DNA from: an uncultured Candidatus Saccharibacteria bacterium
Lineage (GTDB): Bacteria; Patescibacteriota; Minisyncoccia; Phycocordibacterales; PALSA-1337
NCBI GenBank assembly: GCA_964655515.1
Contig: CAZZPF010000009.1
Coordinates: 1-35,577, forward strand
Direction: 5' to 3'
DNA length: 35,577 nt
Of this stretch, positions 27,796 to 34,456 are shown in pieces (the stretch's first letter is position 1; each line of letters begins with the position of its first letter). The translations under genes and the position numbers were made by a program. The notes under the pieces were generated by a model, which ran no database searches, was not told the origin of the DNA, and saw only the letters and a list, made by a program, of their open reading frames with translations.

Positions 27796-28030
27796 ACCTC
27801 ATCAGCAATGTACGACGCGCCGTCTATTTCACCAAGAAGAGCACCGGCTCCCCTTTGAATTTTATTTCGAGTCTTATACTCGCTGGCACATCGCACCGAC
27901 TTATTTGATTTTTTCATGAAAGGCAGCACTCGTCCGCAAGGCTTACCCGACAGACCGCTCGCTGATTCCTTAAACGAGAATTCGATGACATGAAACCGTG
28001 GCCACATGCGCTATCTAGGTTCCGAACAAT

Positions 28031-28038
28031 ATTATACA
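28031..28038 (-). promoter_or_regulatory. candidate -10 element (TG-TATAAT) for a separate TR-containing transcript
   Basis: The minus strand reads tttTGTATAATatt directly after the target-gene hairpin. The -35 region (tcaatt) is weak. Confidence 0.3.
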
Positions 28039-28049
28039 AAATTTAGATA

Positions 28050-28084
28050 GAAAAATTGAGCCCTCGCAGTGAAGCAAGGGCTCA
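28050..28084 (-). terminator. hairpin downstream of the VR and target stop (terminator and/or DGR-associated stem-loop)
   Basis: tgagccct (28057-28064) pairs with agggctca (28077-28084) around a 12-nt loop. On the minus strand it is followed by atttttc. It lies about 50 nt after the stop codon. Confidence 0.5.
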
Positions 28085-28132
28085 AAGGATCTAAGATCCG
28101 AAGAACTAACTGAGTGTCCAAGTTTCCAAGGA

Positions 28133-28822
28133 CTACTCGACGTCGCAGAAGCAGAGGAAGGCATCGTCGTCGATCCAGACAATCCCGAAGCGGCCAAGGT
28201 TGAACTCGAAGCGACCGTCCGAGTGGCAGTCCACAGTCGGCACCCTGTGGTTGCCGTCGGCATCTGCCCAGAGACGATCCTTTTCATCGAAGGAAGCATA
28301 CCACTTGCCTTTCGGCAGTTGGTCGCGCTTCTGATCGAAGACGAGGGACGCGCCTTGTGCACCGGTGTGAATGGCCTTTTGAGTTGCCAAGAACGCCATA
28401 CGCTCTTCCGAGGTAGTGGTCCCACCGACGACTTGCTTGAACGCGCGAACGCGAAGCTTGTCGCCAGGCTTCAGGACCCGAGTCGGATTCGGGAAGTTCT
28501 TGTCGGTGATCTCGTCGTTGTAGTAATAGAACTTTTTACGGTTCTGCTTACCGAACGTCGTGAACCGCTTGTCGTGCACGTAGTTATCGGGCACCGTGAT
28601 GATGCCGAGGTCCACGAGCAGAGCGAACTTTTCGGTGGGTTCCGCAGGAGCTGTGGACTCCGGCTTCTTCCAATCGCCGAAACGTGCTTCCCGATCATCC
28701 GGAGAGAGGTTGTTGAACCGCTCCAACTGGCCGAGGGTGATCTGACCGCTTCGCACCTTTTGAAGGGTGTCGATTTGCAAACCAGCTAATTTGGCCGCAT
28801 CTGCGTCGATGATAGTGTTCAT
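28133..28822 (-). CDS. DGR target (variable) protein, 229 aa, no recognisable signal peptide
   Basis: A good RBS (AAGGAAAGGA) lies 6 nt upstream of the ATG. The gene is high in GC. The C-terminal 41 codons are the VR, and the protein ends ...AFLCFCDVE. Confidence 0.85.
   Translation of the reverse strand: MNTIIDADAAKLAGLQIDTLQKVRSGQITLGQLERFNNLSPDDREARFGDWKKPESTAPAEPTEKFALLVDLGIITVPDNYVHDKRFTTFGKQNRKKFYYYNDEITDKNFPNPTRVLKPGDKLRVRAFKQVVGGTTTSEERMAFLATQKAIHTGAQGASLVFDQKRDQLPKGKWYASFDEKDRLWADADGNHRVPTVDCHSDGRFEFNLGRFGIVWIDDDAFLCFCDVE
28142..28263 (-). repeat. DGR variable repeat (VR)
   Basis: This is the counterpart of the TR. It ends 2 codons before the stop codon. Eleven amino-acid positions differ from the TR-encoded sequence. 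Confidence 0.9.
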
Positions 28823-28894
28823 CGTTTGTCCTTTCCTTACAATGTGCTTTCGGAAATCTGCCGAATCAGTCGCAAGGGCATCTTGCTACTGTAA

Positions 28895-28923
28895 ATTATA
28901 CACCCTACATCATATTTTGTCAA
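28895..28923 (-). promoter_or_regulatory. consensus sigma70-type promoter of the DGR target gene
   Basis: The minus strand reads TTGACA (28923-28918), a 17-nt spacer, then TATAAT (28900-28895). It lies about 70 nt upstream of the target ATG. Confidence 0.6.
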
Positions 28924-28939
28924 TAGCTAGGTTAGAGCC

Positions 28940-28962
28940 AAAAATAGCCCTTGAAATAAGGG
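28940..28962 (-). terminator. small hairpin plus T-tract downstream of tRNA-His
   Basis: The minus strand reads CCCTTatttcAAGGGctattttt. The stem is only 5 bp. Confidence 0.35.
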
Positions 28963-28985
28963 TATTTTGAAGAAAAATATCGCAG

Positions 28986-29057
28986 GGTGACTACTGGGAG
29001 TTGAACCCAGACTAAAAGCTCCACAAGCTTCTGTGCTACCGCTACACCATAGCCACC
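28986..29057 (-). tRNA. tRNA-His (anticodon GTG) with encoded G-1
   Basis: The sequence is G-GTGGCTA...TAGTCAC-C. The anticodon stem GAAGC/GCTTT encloses the loop TTGTGGA. The T-loop is GGTTCAACTCC. No CCA is encoded. Confidence 0.9.
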
Positions 29058-29105
29058 ATATTTCACCTATTTGTATTAAGATGATAGCATCTTTATATCA
29101 GATTT

Positions 29106-29624
29106 ATGACTTCCTTGCCACACCCCTTTTTTAATCGTCCAGTCTTAAGAGTGGCTCGTGACCTCACTGGTTGTCATCTTGTTCGTCAAAAAGACCAAAA
29201 GATTGAGCGATACATGATAACTGAAACCGAAGCTTATGACGGTCATCATGACCTAGCATCTCATGCTTCAAAAGGCAGAACAAAACGAAATGAAATAATG
29301 TTCGGCTCTTCTGGATATTTTTATGTTTACCTTATCTATGGAATGTATTGGATGTTAAATATTGTGACAGGACCAAAGGGCTACCCTGCCGCCGTGCTTA
29401 TTCGTGGCATTGAAGGATATGATGGACCAGGAAAATTGACAAGAAAATTAGGTATAAAAGGAAAACTCAATGGAAAAAAGGTTGAACAAAAATCGGGGTT
29501 GTGGATTGAACCAAGAGAAAAGGATTTTAAAACTAAAAAAATCACTCGCGCAACACGAATCGGCATTGATTATGCCGGACCAATTTGGTCAAAGAAAAAA
29601 TACAGGTTTGTGTTTAAGGAATAG
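29106..29624 (+). CDS. mpg: DNA-3-methyladenine glycosylase (Mpg/AAG family)
   Basis: It reads FFNRPVLRVARDLTGCHLV, ITETEAYDGHHDLASHA, GRTKRNEIMFGSSGYFYVYLIYGMYWMLNIV. Confidence 0.85.
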   Translation: MTSLPHPFFNRPVLRVARDLTGCHLVRQKDQKIERYMITETEAYDGHHDLASHASKGRTKRNEIMFGSSGYFYVYLIYGMYWMLNIVTGPKGYPAAVLIRGIEGYDGPGKLTRKLGIKGKLNGKKVEQKSGLWIEPREKDFKTKKITRATRIGIDYAGPIWSKKKYRFVFKE

Positions 29625-29887
29625 TAAGCAAAAGAACAACACATAATACTGTAATACAAGCAAATATTCCTATAGTTTTTACCAAGAGTGAAACTGCAGC
29701 ATTTTTATCACCATCTAAATATATCCTTATTGGCTGATAGAAAAATATCAATCTGGCCATGACCACCCATCCTTTGCACATAAAAAATGAAAGTGGCCAT
29801 TATGGACACATAGGCAATTGCAAGTAAGGCATTTAAAAAGGGGTTTTTGGTCATGAAGATATTATAACTTATTTTATTATAATTTAG

Positions 29888-29969
29888 TGCTCGGGAGAGG
29901 ACTTGAACCTCCACGCCTTACGGCACACCCACCTCAAGGGTGCATGTATACCAATTTCATCACCCGAGC
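29888..29969 (-). tRNA. tRNA-Leu (anticodon GAG), long variable arm
   Basis: The acceptor is GCTCGGG/CCCGAGC-A. The anticodon stem CACCC/GGGTG encloses the loop TTGAGGT. The T-arm is GGAGGTTCAAGTCCTCT. It overlaps the 5' part of track ORF 29708..29914. Confidence 0.9.
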
Positions 29970-30407
29970 TTATACTTTAACTTCTTCCCTTTTCTCCTCT
30001 ACAGCATTTTCTTTTGAAACAACTTTAGTATCTGTGTTCTGATCTTTATCAATAGCGAGCATGCGACGCATTTGCTTGCGAATTTCCTTTGCGGCTTTTT
30101 CACGAACAAAGTAGAGCTTTGCTCGACGAACCTTTGAGCGACGAAGGAGTTCAATCTTATCAATCATAGGAGAATAGAGAGGAAAAATTTTCTCAACACC
30201 CACACTATCCATGACAGTTCTCACTGTAAAAGTAGCTCCGGCTTCACGACCATGTTTGTGTGCAAGTACAAGCCCTTCAAATGCCTGAAGGCGTATTTTC
30301 CCTTTTTCCTGAATTTTTTGCCAAACCTTTACAGTATCACCGGGACGCACATCTAATCTCTTTCTTTCTTCAACTTTTACTGGGGAAATAATGTTATTTA
30401 TAGTCAT
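29970..30407 (-). CDS. rplS: 50S ribosomal protein L19
   Basis: It reads RPGDTVKVWQKIQEKGKIRLQAFEGLVLA...FTVR...GVEKIFPLYSP.IDKIEL. It has a basic and acidic C-terminal extension. Confidence 0.9.
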   Translation of the reverse strand: MTINNIISPVKVEERKRLDVRPGDTVKVWQKIQEKGKIRLQAFEGLVLAHKHGREAGATFTVRTVMDSVGVEKIFPLYSPMIDKIELLRRSKVRRAKLYFVREKAAKEIRKQMRRMLAIDKDQNTDTKVVSKENAVEEKREEVKV

Positions 30408-30422
30408 AATATAGAAACAAAT

Positions 30423-31169
30423 CTAACATACGCCTTTATTTTTGGCAACTTTTGTGATTCCAAGTTCGTCAATAGCATTTTTAAAATCTTTTGGGATAGG
30501 AGATCTTACAGTTATCTTTTTATTAACACAATTTGTAAATACAATAGAAGAAGCATGAAGAGCAGTGCGACTGAAACCTAGAGCGTCTGGCTTCTCGGTG
30601 GCATAGAGTCGATCGCAGACAATGGGGTGGTTTATGGCCTTAAAATGGACTCGTATCTGGTGTGTACGGCCAGTCTTGGGTTCTGCTTCAATGAACGAAT
30701 ATCCCCTTTTATATGCCAAAAGCGTATACCATGTCTCCGCCTCACGAAGATCTCCTCTGGCTCCACGCGTAGCTGACCAGCGTCTGAAATCTCTCGGGCT
30801 TCTTCCAATCGGTCTATTTATAATTCCAAATTGATCTTTTATCTCGCCATAGACAAAAGTGTAATATTTTTTTGAAATAGTTTGGTTTTGGAATTGTTTT
30901 TTGAGACAATCATATCCCTTTTTAGTTTTTGCAATAAGAAGCACACCCGATGTGTCACGATCAAGACGATGAACAATACCGGGTCTTTCTATTATTCCAT
31001 AATCTTTGGTTTCAATCGGCTCACCTACTTTTTTTGCTTTGGGATATTTTTTTAGTATCCAATCAGTTAAAAATGGCCCAGTTGATTTGCCGTCTGGATG
31101 TACTACAATTCCAGCCGGTTTATCAATAGCCACGATGTTTGCATCTTCGTATAAAATAGGAATTTTCAT
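30423..31169 (-). CDS. RluA family pseudouridine synthase
   Basis: The catalytic motif is GIVHRLDRDTSGVLLIAKT. KTGRTHQIRVH is also present. There is no N-terminal S4 domain. Confidence 0.88.
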   Translation of the reverse strand: MKIPILYEDANIVAIDKPAGIVVHPDGKSTGPFLTDWILKKYPKAKKVGEPIETKDYGIIERPGIVHRLDRDTSGVLLIAKTKKGYDCLKKQFQNQTISKKYYTFVYGEIKDQFGIINRPIGRSPRDFRRWSATRGARGDLREAETWYTLLAYKRGYSFIEAEPKTGRTHQIRVHFKAINHPIVCDRLYATEKPDALGFSRTALHASSIVFTNCVNKKITVRSPIPKDFKNAIDELGITKVAKNKGVC

Positions 31170-31226
31170 GCTTTTATCTTGATAATTAAGAGAATATACG
31201 ATAATCTAACATAAGTCTATTTGTTT

Positions 31227-31302
31227 GCGCGATTAGCTCAGTTGGTAGAGCAGCGCTTTTACACAGCGAAGGTCGCAGGTTCGAATCCTGCATCGCGCAC
31301 CA
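31227..31302 (+). tRNA. tRNA-Val (anticodon TAC), CCA encoded
   Basis: The acceptor is GCGCGAT...ATCGCGC-A-CCA. The D-arm is GCTCAGTTGGTAGAGC, the anticodon loop TTTACAC, and the T-loop GGTTCGAATCC. Confidence 0.9.
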
Positions 31303-31327
31303 AGAAAATTATTTAAATTAACTATTG

Positions 31328-31399
31328 TGCCCTCGCGTGGAATCGAACCACGAATTACGGCTTAGAAGTCCGCAGTTATATCCATTTAACTACGAGGGC
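31328..31399 (-). tRNA. tRNA-Arg (anticodon TCT)
   Basis: The acceptor is GCCCTCG...CGAGGGC-A. The anticodon loop is CTTCTAA, with an A31/G39 mismatch at the stem end. The T-loop is GGTTCGATTCC. Confidence 0.85.
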
Positions 31400-31457
31400 A
31401 ATTTAAGCGCAAGCATTAGAGAATATAGCAGAAAAAACCTAAAATATAAAGAAAAAA

Positions 31458-31790
31458 TTATATGGATGGATCTCCTGGCCCTATATATCCTTTTTTAGCT
31501 TGTATACTTACTTCTTCTTTAGTATTAAAGTGGTTTATGATTGATGATAAATCTTTAGGATCAAACACTTTTTCTGATGATGGGTTTATAATATCTGTAC
31601 TTTTAATTTTTCCAGATGTTACTGCGCGGTACAGATAAAAACTATTAGTAATAAATATAATTATCAATATTAAACTAATAATCAAGATCAAAATCCAATC
31701 AACAAAAGAATTTCTTCCTATTTCCCTTATTGCATTTGCAATAGAGATATGCGGGACTTGTAAATATTTTTTCTTAAAAAGATTTGTCAT
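31458..31790 (-). CDS. small single-pass membrane protein in the pilus assembly cluster
   Basis: The ATG at 31790 lies directly after the upstream stop. It has one TM helix (WILILIISLILIIIFITNSF). Its position after the pilMNO-like genes is the only functional hint. Confidence 0.35.
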   Translation of the reverse strand: MTNLFKKKYLQVPHISIANAIREIGRNSFVDWILILIISLILIIIFITNSFYLYRAVTSGKIKSTDIINPSSEKVFDPKDLSSIINHFNTKEEVSIQAKKGYIGPGDPSI

Positions 31791-31791
31791 G

Positions 31792-32295
31792 TTATTTAAT
31801 AGTAAGTACTGATATATCAAGGGAAAGATTCCATTTGTGATCTCCGGAAGAAACAGTGTGAACATTGTTTATGGAAAGACCATAAGAAAGATTCTCAATA
31901 AGTATAAGGGCTTGCATTATATTTGACCATGAGCCCACAGCGTTTATATGGGCACCAACATAACCAGTTTCGGTATTTATGGATGAAAGACTTATGTTAG
32001 TTTTTGAATCACTGCTGATTTTTTCTATTTTTTCAATAAAATCAACCACTTTGTCCTCATTTATAAAAAAGGAGGTTATTTTTGATCTGTCAAGAATAGT
32101 ATTATTATAAATTTTCGTAAGTTCATCTTCGTGTTGTCTCTTTTCACTTTCAGTATTAATATCATTTATGAATTTGGAAGAATTTTCAGCTTGAGTGATT
32201 ATGGTCTTGTACATAAAAACATATCCTATTATAGAAAATACTGTGGCACTGATTGCAAAAATAATTAAAATGTAATGTCGTGAATTGATTTTCAT
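31792..32295 (-). CDS. PilO-like pilus assembly membrane protein
   Basis: It has an N-terminal TM helix, then a coiled-coil-like region, then a beta-rich C-terminal domain. It is the third gene after the pilM and pilN homologues. Confidence 0.4.
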   Translation of the reverse strand: MKINSRHYILIIFAISATVFSIIGYVFMYKTIITQAENSSKFINDINTESEKRQHEDELTKIYNNTILDRSKITSFFINEDKVVDFIEKIEKISSDSKTNISLSSINTETGYVGAHINAVGSWSNIMQALILIENLSYGLSINNVHTVSSGDHKWNLSLDISVLTIK

Positions 32296-32296
32296 A

Positions 32297-32848
32297 TTAT
32301 TCTACAAATGTTATGCGTATAGCAAAAGAAATATTCTTGGGTTTGGTAAGATCAGAAACTGGTAATTCAACCTTTGTAATCCTTTGATCGTCTTCAAGTT
32401 TTTTCTTAAATAAAAGAAGAGATTCACGGCTTATGGCTTTTCCTTGGACTATAGCTTCAGTGGATGAAGTGGCAGACCCTGATTTTGAAAGTTGGAAAGA
32501 AGTTAGGGTAACTTGAGCTGGGCGAAGTTTAGTAATTTCTGAAATTGTCTCACTAAATCTAGATATATTTTCATTAGCTTTGAGTTTTTTTATTATTTGA
32601 TAACTTTCTTTTAGTTCTTTTGAGATATTTTTTATATCCCGCGCTTCCCTGTTTTTCTCTAGTGTTTGAATTTTTTGAAAAGAGCTTTGTCCTTGTGAAT
32701 ATGAAAAAATGTATGCTGGAAAAAGTGATAAGATTCCGATTATTACTGCAATTGAAATGAAAAAGAGAAACATAACAAAGACTCGTGTTCTATACTCTCT
32801 TTTAAGAGATCTCATTTCCTTTTCTGGTAATAATGTGTAATGAATCAT
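32297..32848 (-). CDS. pilN: PilN-like fimbrial assembly protein
   Basis: The short N-terminus YTLLPEKE resembles the PilN INLLP motif. A single TM helix and a coiled region follow. It lies immediately downstream of pilM. Confidence 0.5.
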   Translation of the reverse strand: MIHYTLLPEKEMRSLKREYRTRVFVMFLFFISIAVIIGILSLFPAYIFSYSQGQSSFQKIQTLEKNREARDIKNISKELKESYQIIKKLKANENISRFSETISEITKLRPAQVTLTSFQLSKSGSATSSTEAIVQGKAISRESLLLFKKKLEDDQRITKVELPVSDLTKPKNISFAIRITFVE

Positions 32849-32860
32849 ATTTGTAAATAA

Positions 32861-33796
32861 TTATGGCAGTGCCAAACCAGCAGCAATAGCATAATCCAAT
32901 GAATCTTCAAATGATATTGGTGGAATGTAACTATCACTTGAAAAAGAATTCTGCCAAACTTTTGCAATTTCAACAGGAATCTTTGAATCTGGTGAGATAT
33001 GAGAACTTAGATCTTCAGTCAATGCTTCATGGCCAGAAATTACTATGCGACTTATTATTTTACCTTCTCCGTGTTCTCGCCAATATGTATAGACTTTTTC
33101 CACTTCCTTTTTTAGAAAAGCAATTTCTGATGCCTTTCCCCAGGCAATAGTTGAAGTGAAACAAACTACACCACCACATACTATATATAAGCCAGTTTTT
33201 TTATTCATAATGTGCACAATCATTTGTGTTTCAGTAGAATCGCTAGACACTATCGCTCTGGCAATGGCTTTTGCTTGAATTTCAAAAGAAATAACATTGA
33301 GTCCAGAATCTTTAAGAACTTTTAGATAATTCTTTACAAGATCGTATGGCGCTACAGAAACACTGGCATATGGTCTATCCCTGTTTGCTTCTGGAATAAG
33401 ATCAAAAAAGAAAATAGCATCTAATGGTGAAAGGGGTACATTTTCTTCCAATTTAAATTCTATGTTTTGCCTAATTTGGTCTTCATTGGCATTAGGAACT
33501 TCAGTTTTAAATAAATACATTCTTTCTTCAGGAAGAGATGCTTTTACAGTTGAAATTTTTAATTCTTTAACCAAGGTTGAAATTATTTTTGTAAGTTCGG
33601 CTGTATTTTTTATATTACCAGAATCTACAATTCCTGGATTTAGAATTTTTGTGCCATAACGATGAATAGTATAACCTCGTCTGCCTTCTTTATATTCTAT
33701 ACACCTTACGGCATCATCAGAAATATCAAGACCAGCATATGGAATATTTAAGAATTTTGGGGGAGGAAATAATTTGAAAAATGTCTTAGTAAACAT
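32861..33796 (-). CDS. pilM: type IV pilus assembly protein PilM (actin-like ATPase fold)
   Basis: GLDISDDAVRCIEY is a phosphate-1-like motif. The 311-aa size and the downstream PilN/O-like genes support the call. Confidence 0.65.
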   Translation of the reverse strand: MFTKTFFKLFPPPKFLNIPYAGLDISDDAVRCIEYKEGRRGYTIHRYGTKILNPGIVDSGNIKNTAELTKIISTLVKELKISTVKASLPEERMYLFKTEVPNANEDQIRQNIEFKLEENVPLSPLDAIFFFDLIPEANRDRPYASVSVAPYDLVKNYLKVLKDSGLNVISFEIQAKAIARAIVSSDSTETQMIVHIMNKKTGLYIVCGGVVCFTSTIAWGKASEIAFLKKEVEKVYTYWREHGEGKIISRIVISGHEALTEDLSSHISPDSKIPVEIAKVWQNSFSSDSYIPPISFEDSLDYAIAAGLALP

Positions 33797-33841
33797 ATGA
33801 TAATACTACGATTATTTATACCTTATTATATCATAAGAGTA

Positions 33842-34450
33842 TTATGTTTTTTTATGTTTAATAAATTCAATAATGGCTGGAACAAACGAAATGCTGATAA
33901 TTAGAAGTATGATGGGTGTTAAATATTTTTCCGTGTTTGGAACAATATTACCAAGAAGATATCCCGTCCAGAGCATTCCCCATGTCCAGATAAAACCACC
34001 AATAAGATTATACGAAATAAAGATTTTATAATTCATGCCCGCAACTCCAGCCATAATCGGTGCGAAAGTTCTGATAATAGGAATAAATCTAGCAAAGACT
34101 ATGGTTTTCTTGCCGTATCTTTCATAAAATATTCGTGCCTTTTCAAGATGTTTTTTATGAAAAAATAATGAATCTTCTTTAGTAAAAATCATTGGTCCAG
34201 TTTTCTTGCCGAATATAAACCCTACATTATCTCCAACCACTGCAGCTATAAAACATAGTATGAGAAGCCACCATATTGAAATCAAATTTTGAGATGCCAG
34301 AAAACCAGCAGTGAAAAGAAGAGAATCTCCGGGAAAAAAGAAACCAAAAAATAATCCAGATTCAGCAAAAATAATAAGAACGACACCGAGGAGCCCTAGG
34401 GTTTTGATGATTGTTAATGGATCAATGAAATCGTGAAATGACATTGTCAC
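33842..34450 (-). CDS. DedA family (VTT domain) membrane protein
   Basis: It reads FFPGDSLLFTAGFLA...RFIPIIRTFAPIMAGV, the DedA pattern. Confidence 0.8.
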   Translation of the reverse strand: MTMSFHDFIDPLTIIKTLGLLGVVLIIFAESGLFFGFFFPGDSLLFTAGFLASQNLISIWWLLILCFIAAVVGDNVGFIFGKKTGPMIFTKEDSLFFHKKHLEKARIFYERYGKKTIVFARFIPIIRTFAPIMAGVAGMNYKIFISYNLIGGFIWTWGMLWTGYLLGNIVPNTEKYLTPIILLIISISFVPAIIEFIKHKKT

Positions 34451-34456
34451 ATTATA

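Larger units (their letters stand above)
26284..28923. mobile_element. diversity-generating retroelement cassette (RT, inverted avd, TR, target gene with VR, target promoter)
   Basis: All canonical DGR parts lie within 2.6 kb, and the TR/VR mismatches are adenine-specific. Composition is GC-rich against AT-rich flanks. See the component features and findings. Confidence 0.88.

Noticed and set aside
27563-28007. Track ORFs 27563..27808 (-) and 27666..28007 (-) overlapping the template repeat
   Set aside because: The first is simply the TR read in the VR frame from a TTG, continuing into antisense avd. The second is an off-frame read-through of GC-rich sequence. Neither has an RBS or a protein-like composition. 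DGR TRs are non-coding.
28015-28789. Track ORFs 28015..28425 (-), 28223..28789 (+) and 28471..28698 (-) inside the target gene region
   Set aside because: These are shadow ORFs created by the high GC content of the target gene. They give Arg/Ser/Pro-rich low-complexity translations. Only the 28133..28822 frame has an RBS, a consensus promoter and the VR in frame.
26085-29057. Integrative island with att direct repeats or an integrase at tRNA-His
   Set aside because: I looked for a copy of the tRNA-His 3' segment (gggtgactactgggagttgaaccc) near the distal boundary at 26085-26283 and found none. No integrase or recombinase ORF is present. The tRNA adjacency is kept only as context in a finding.
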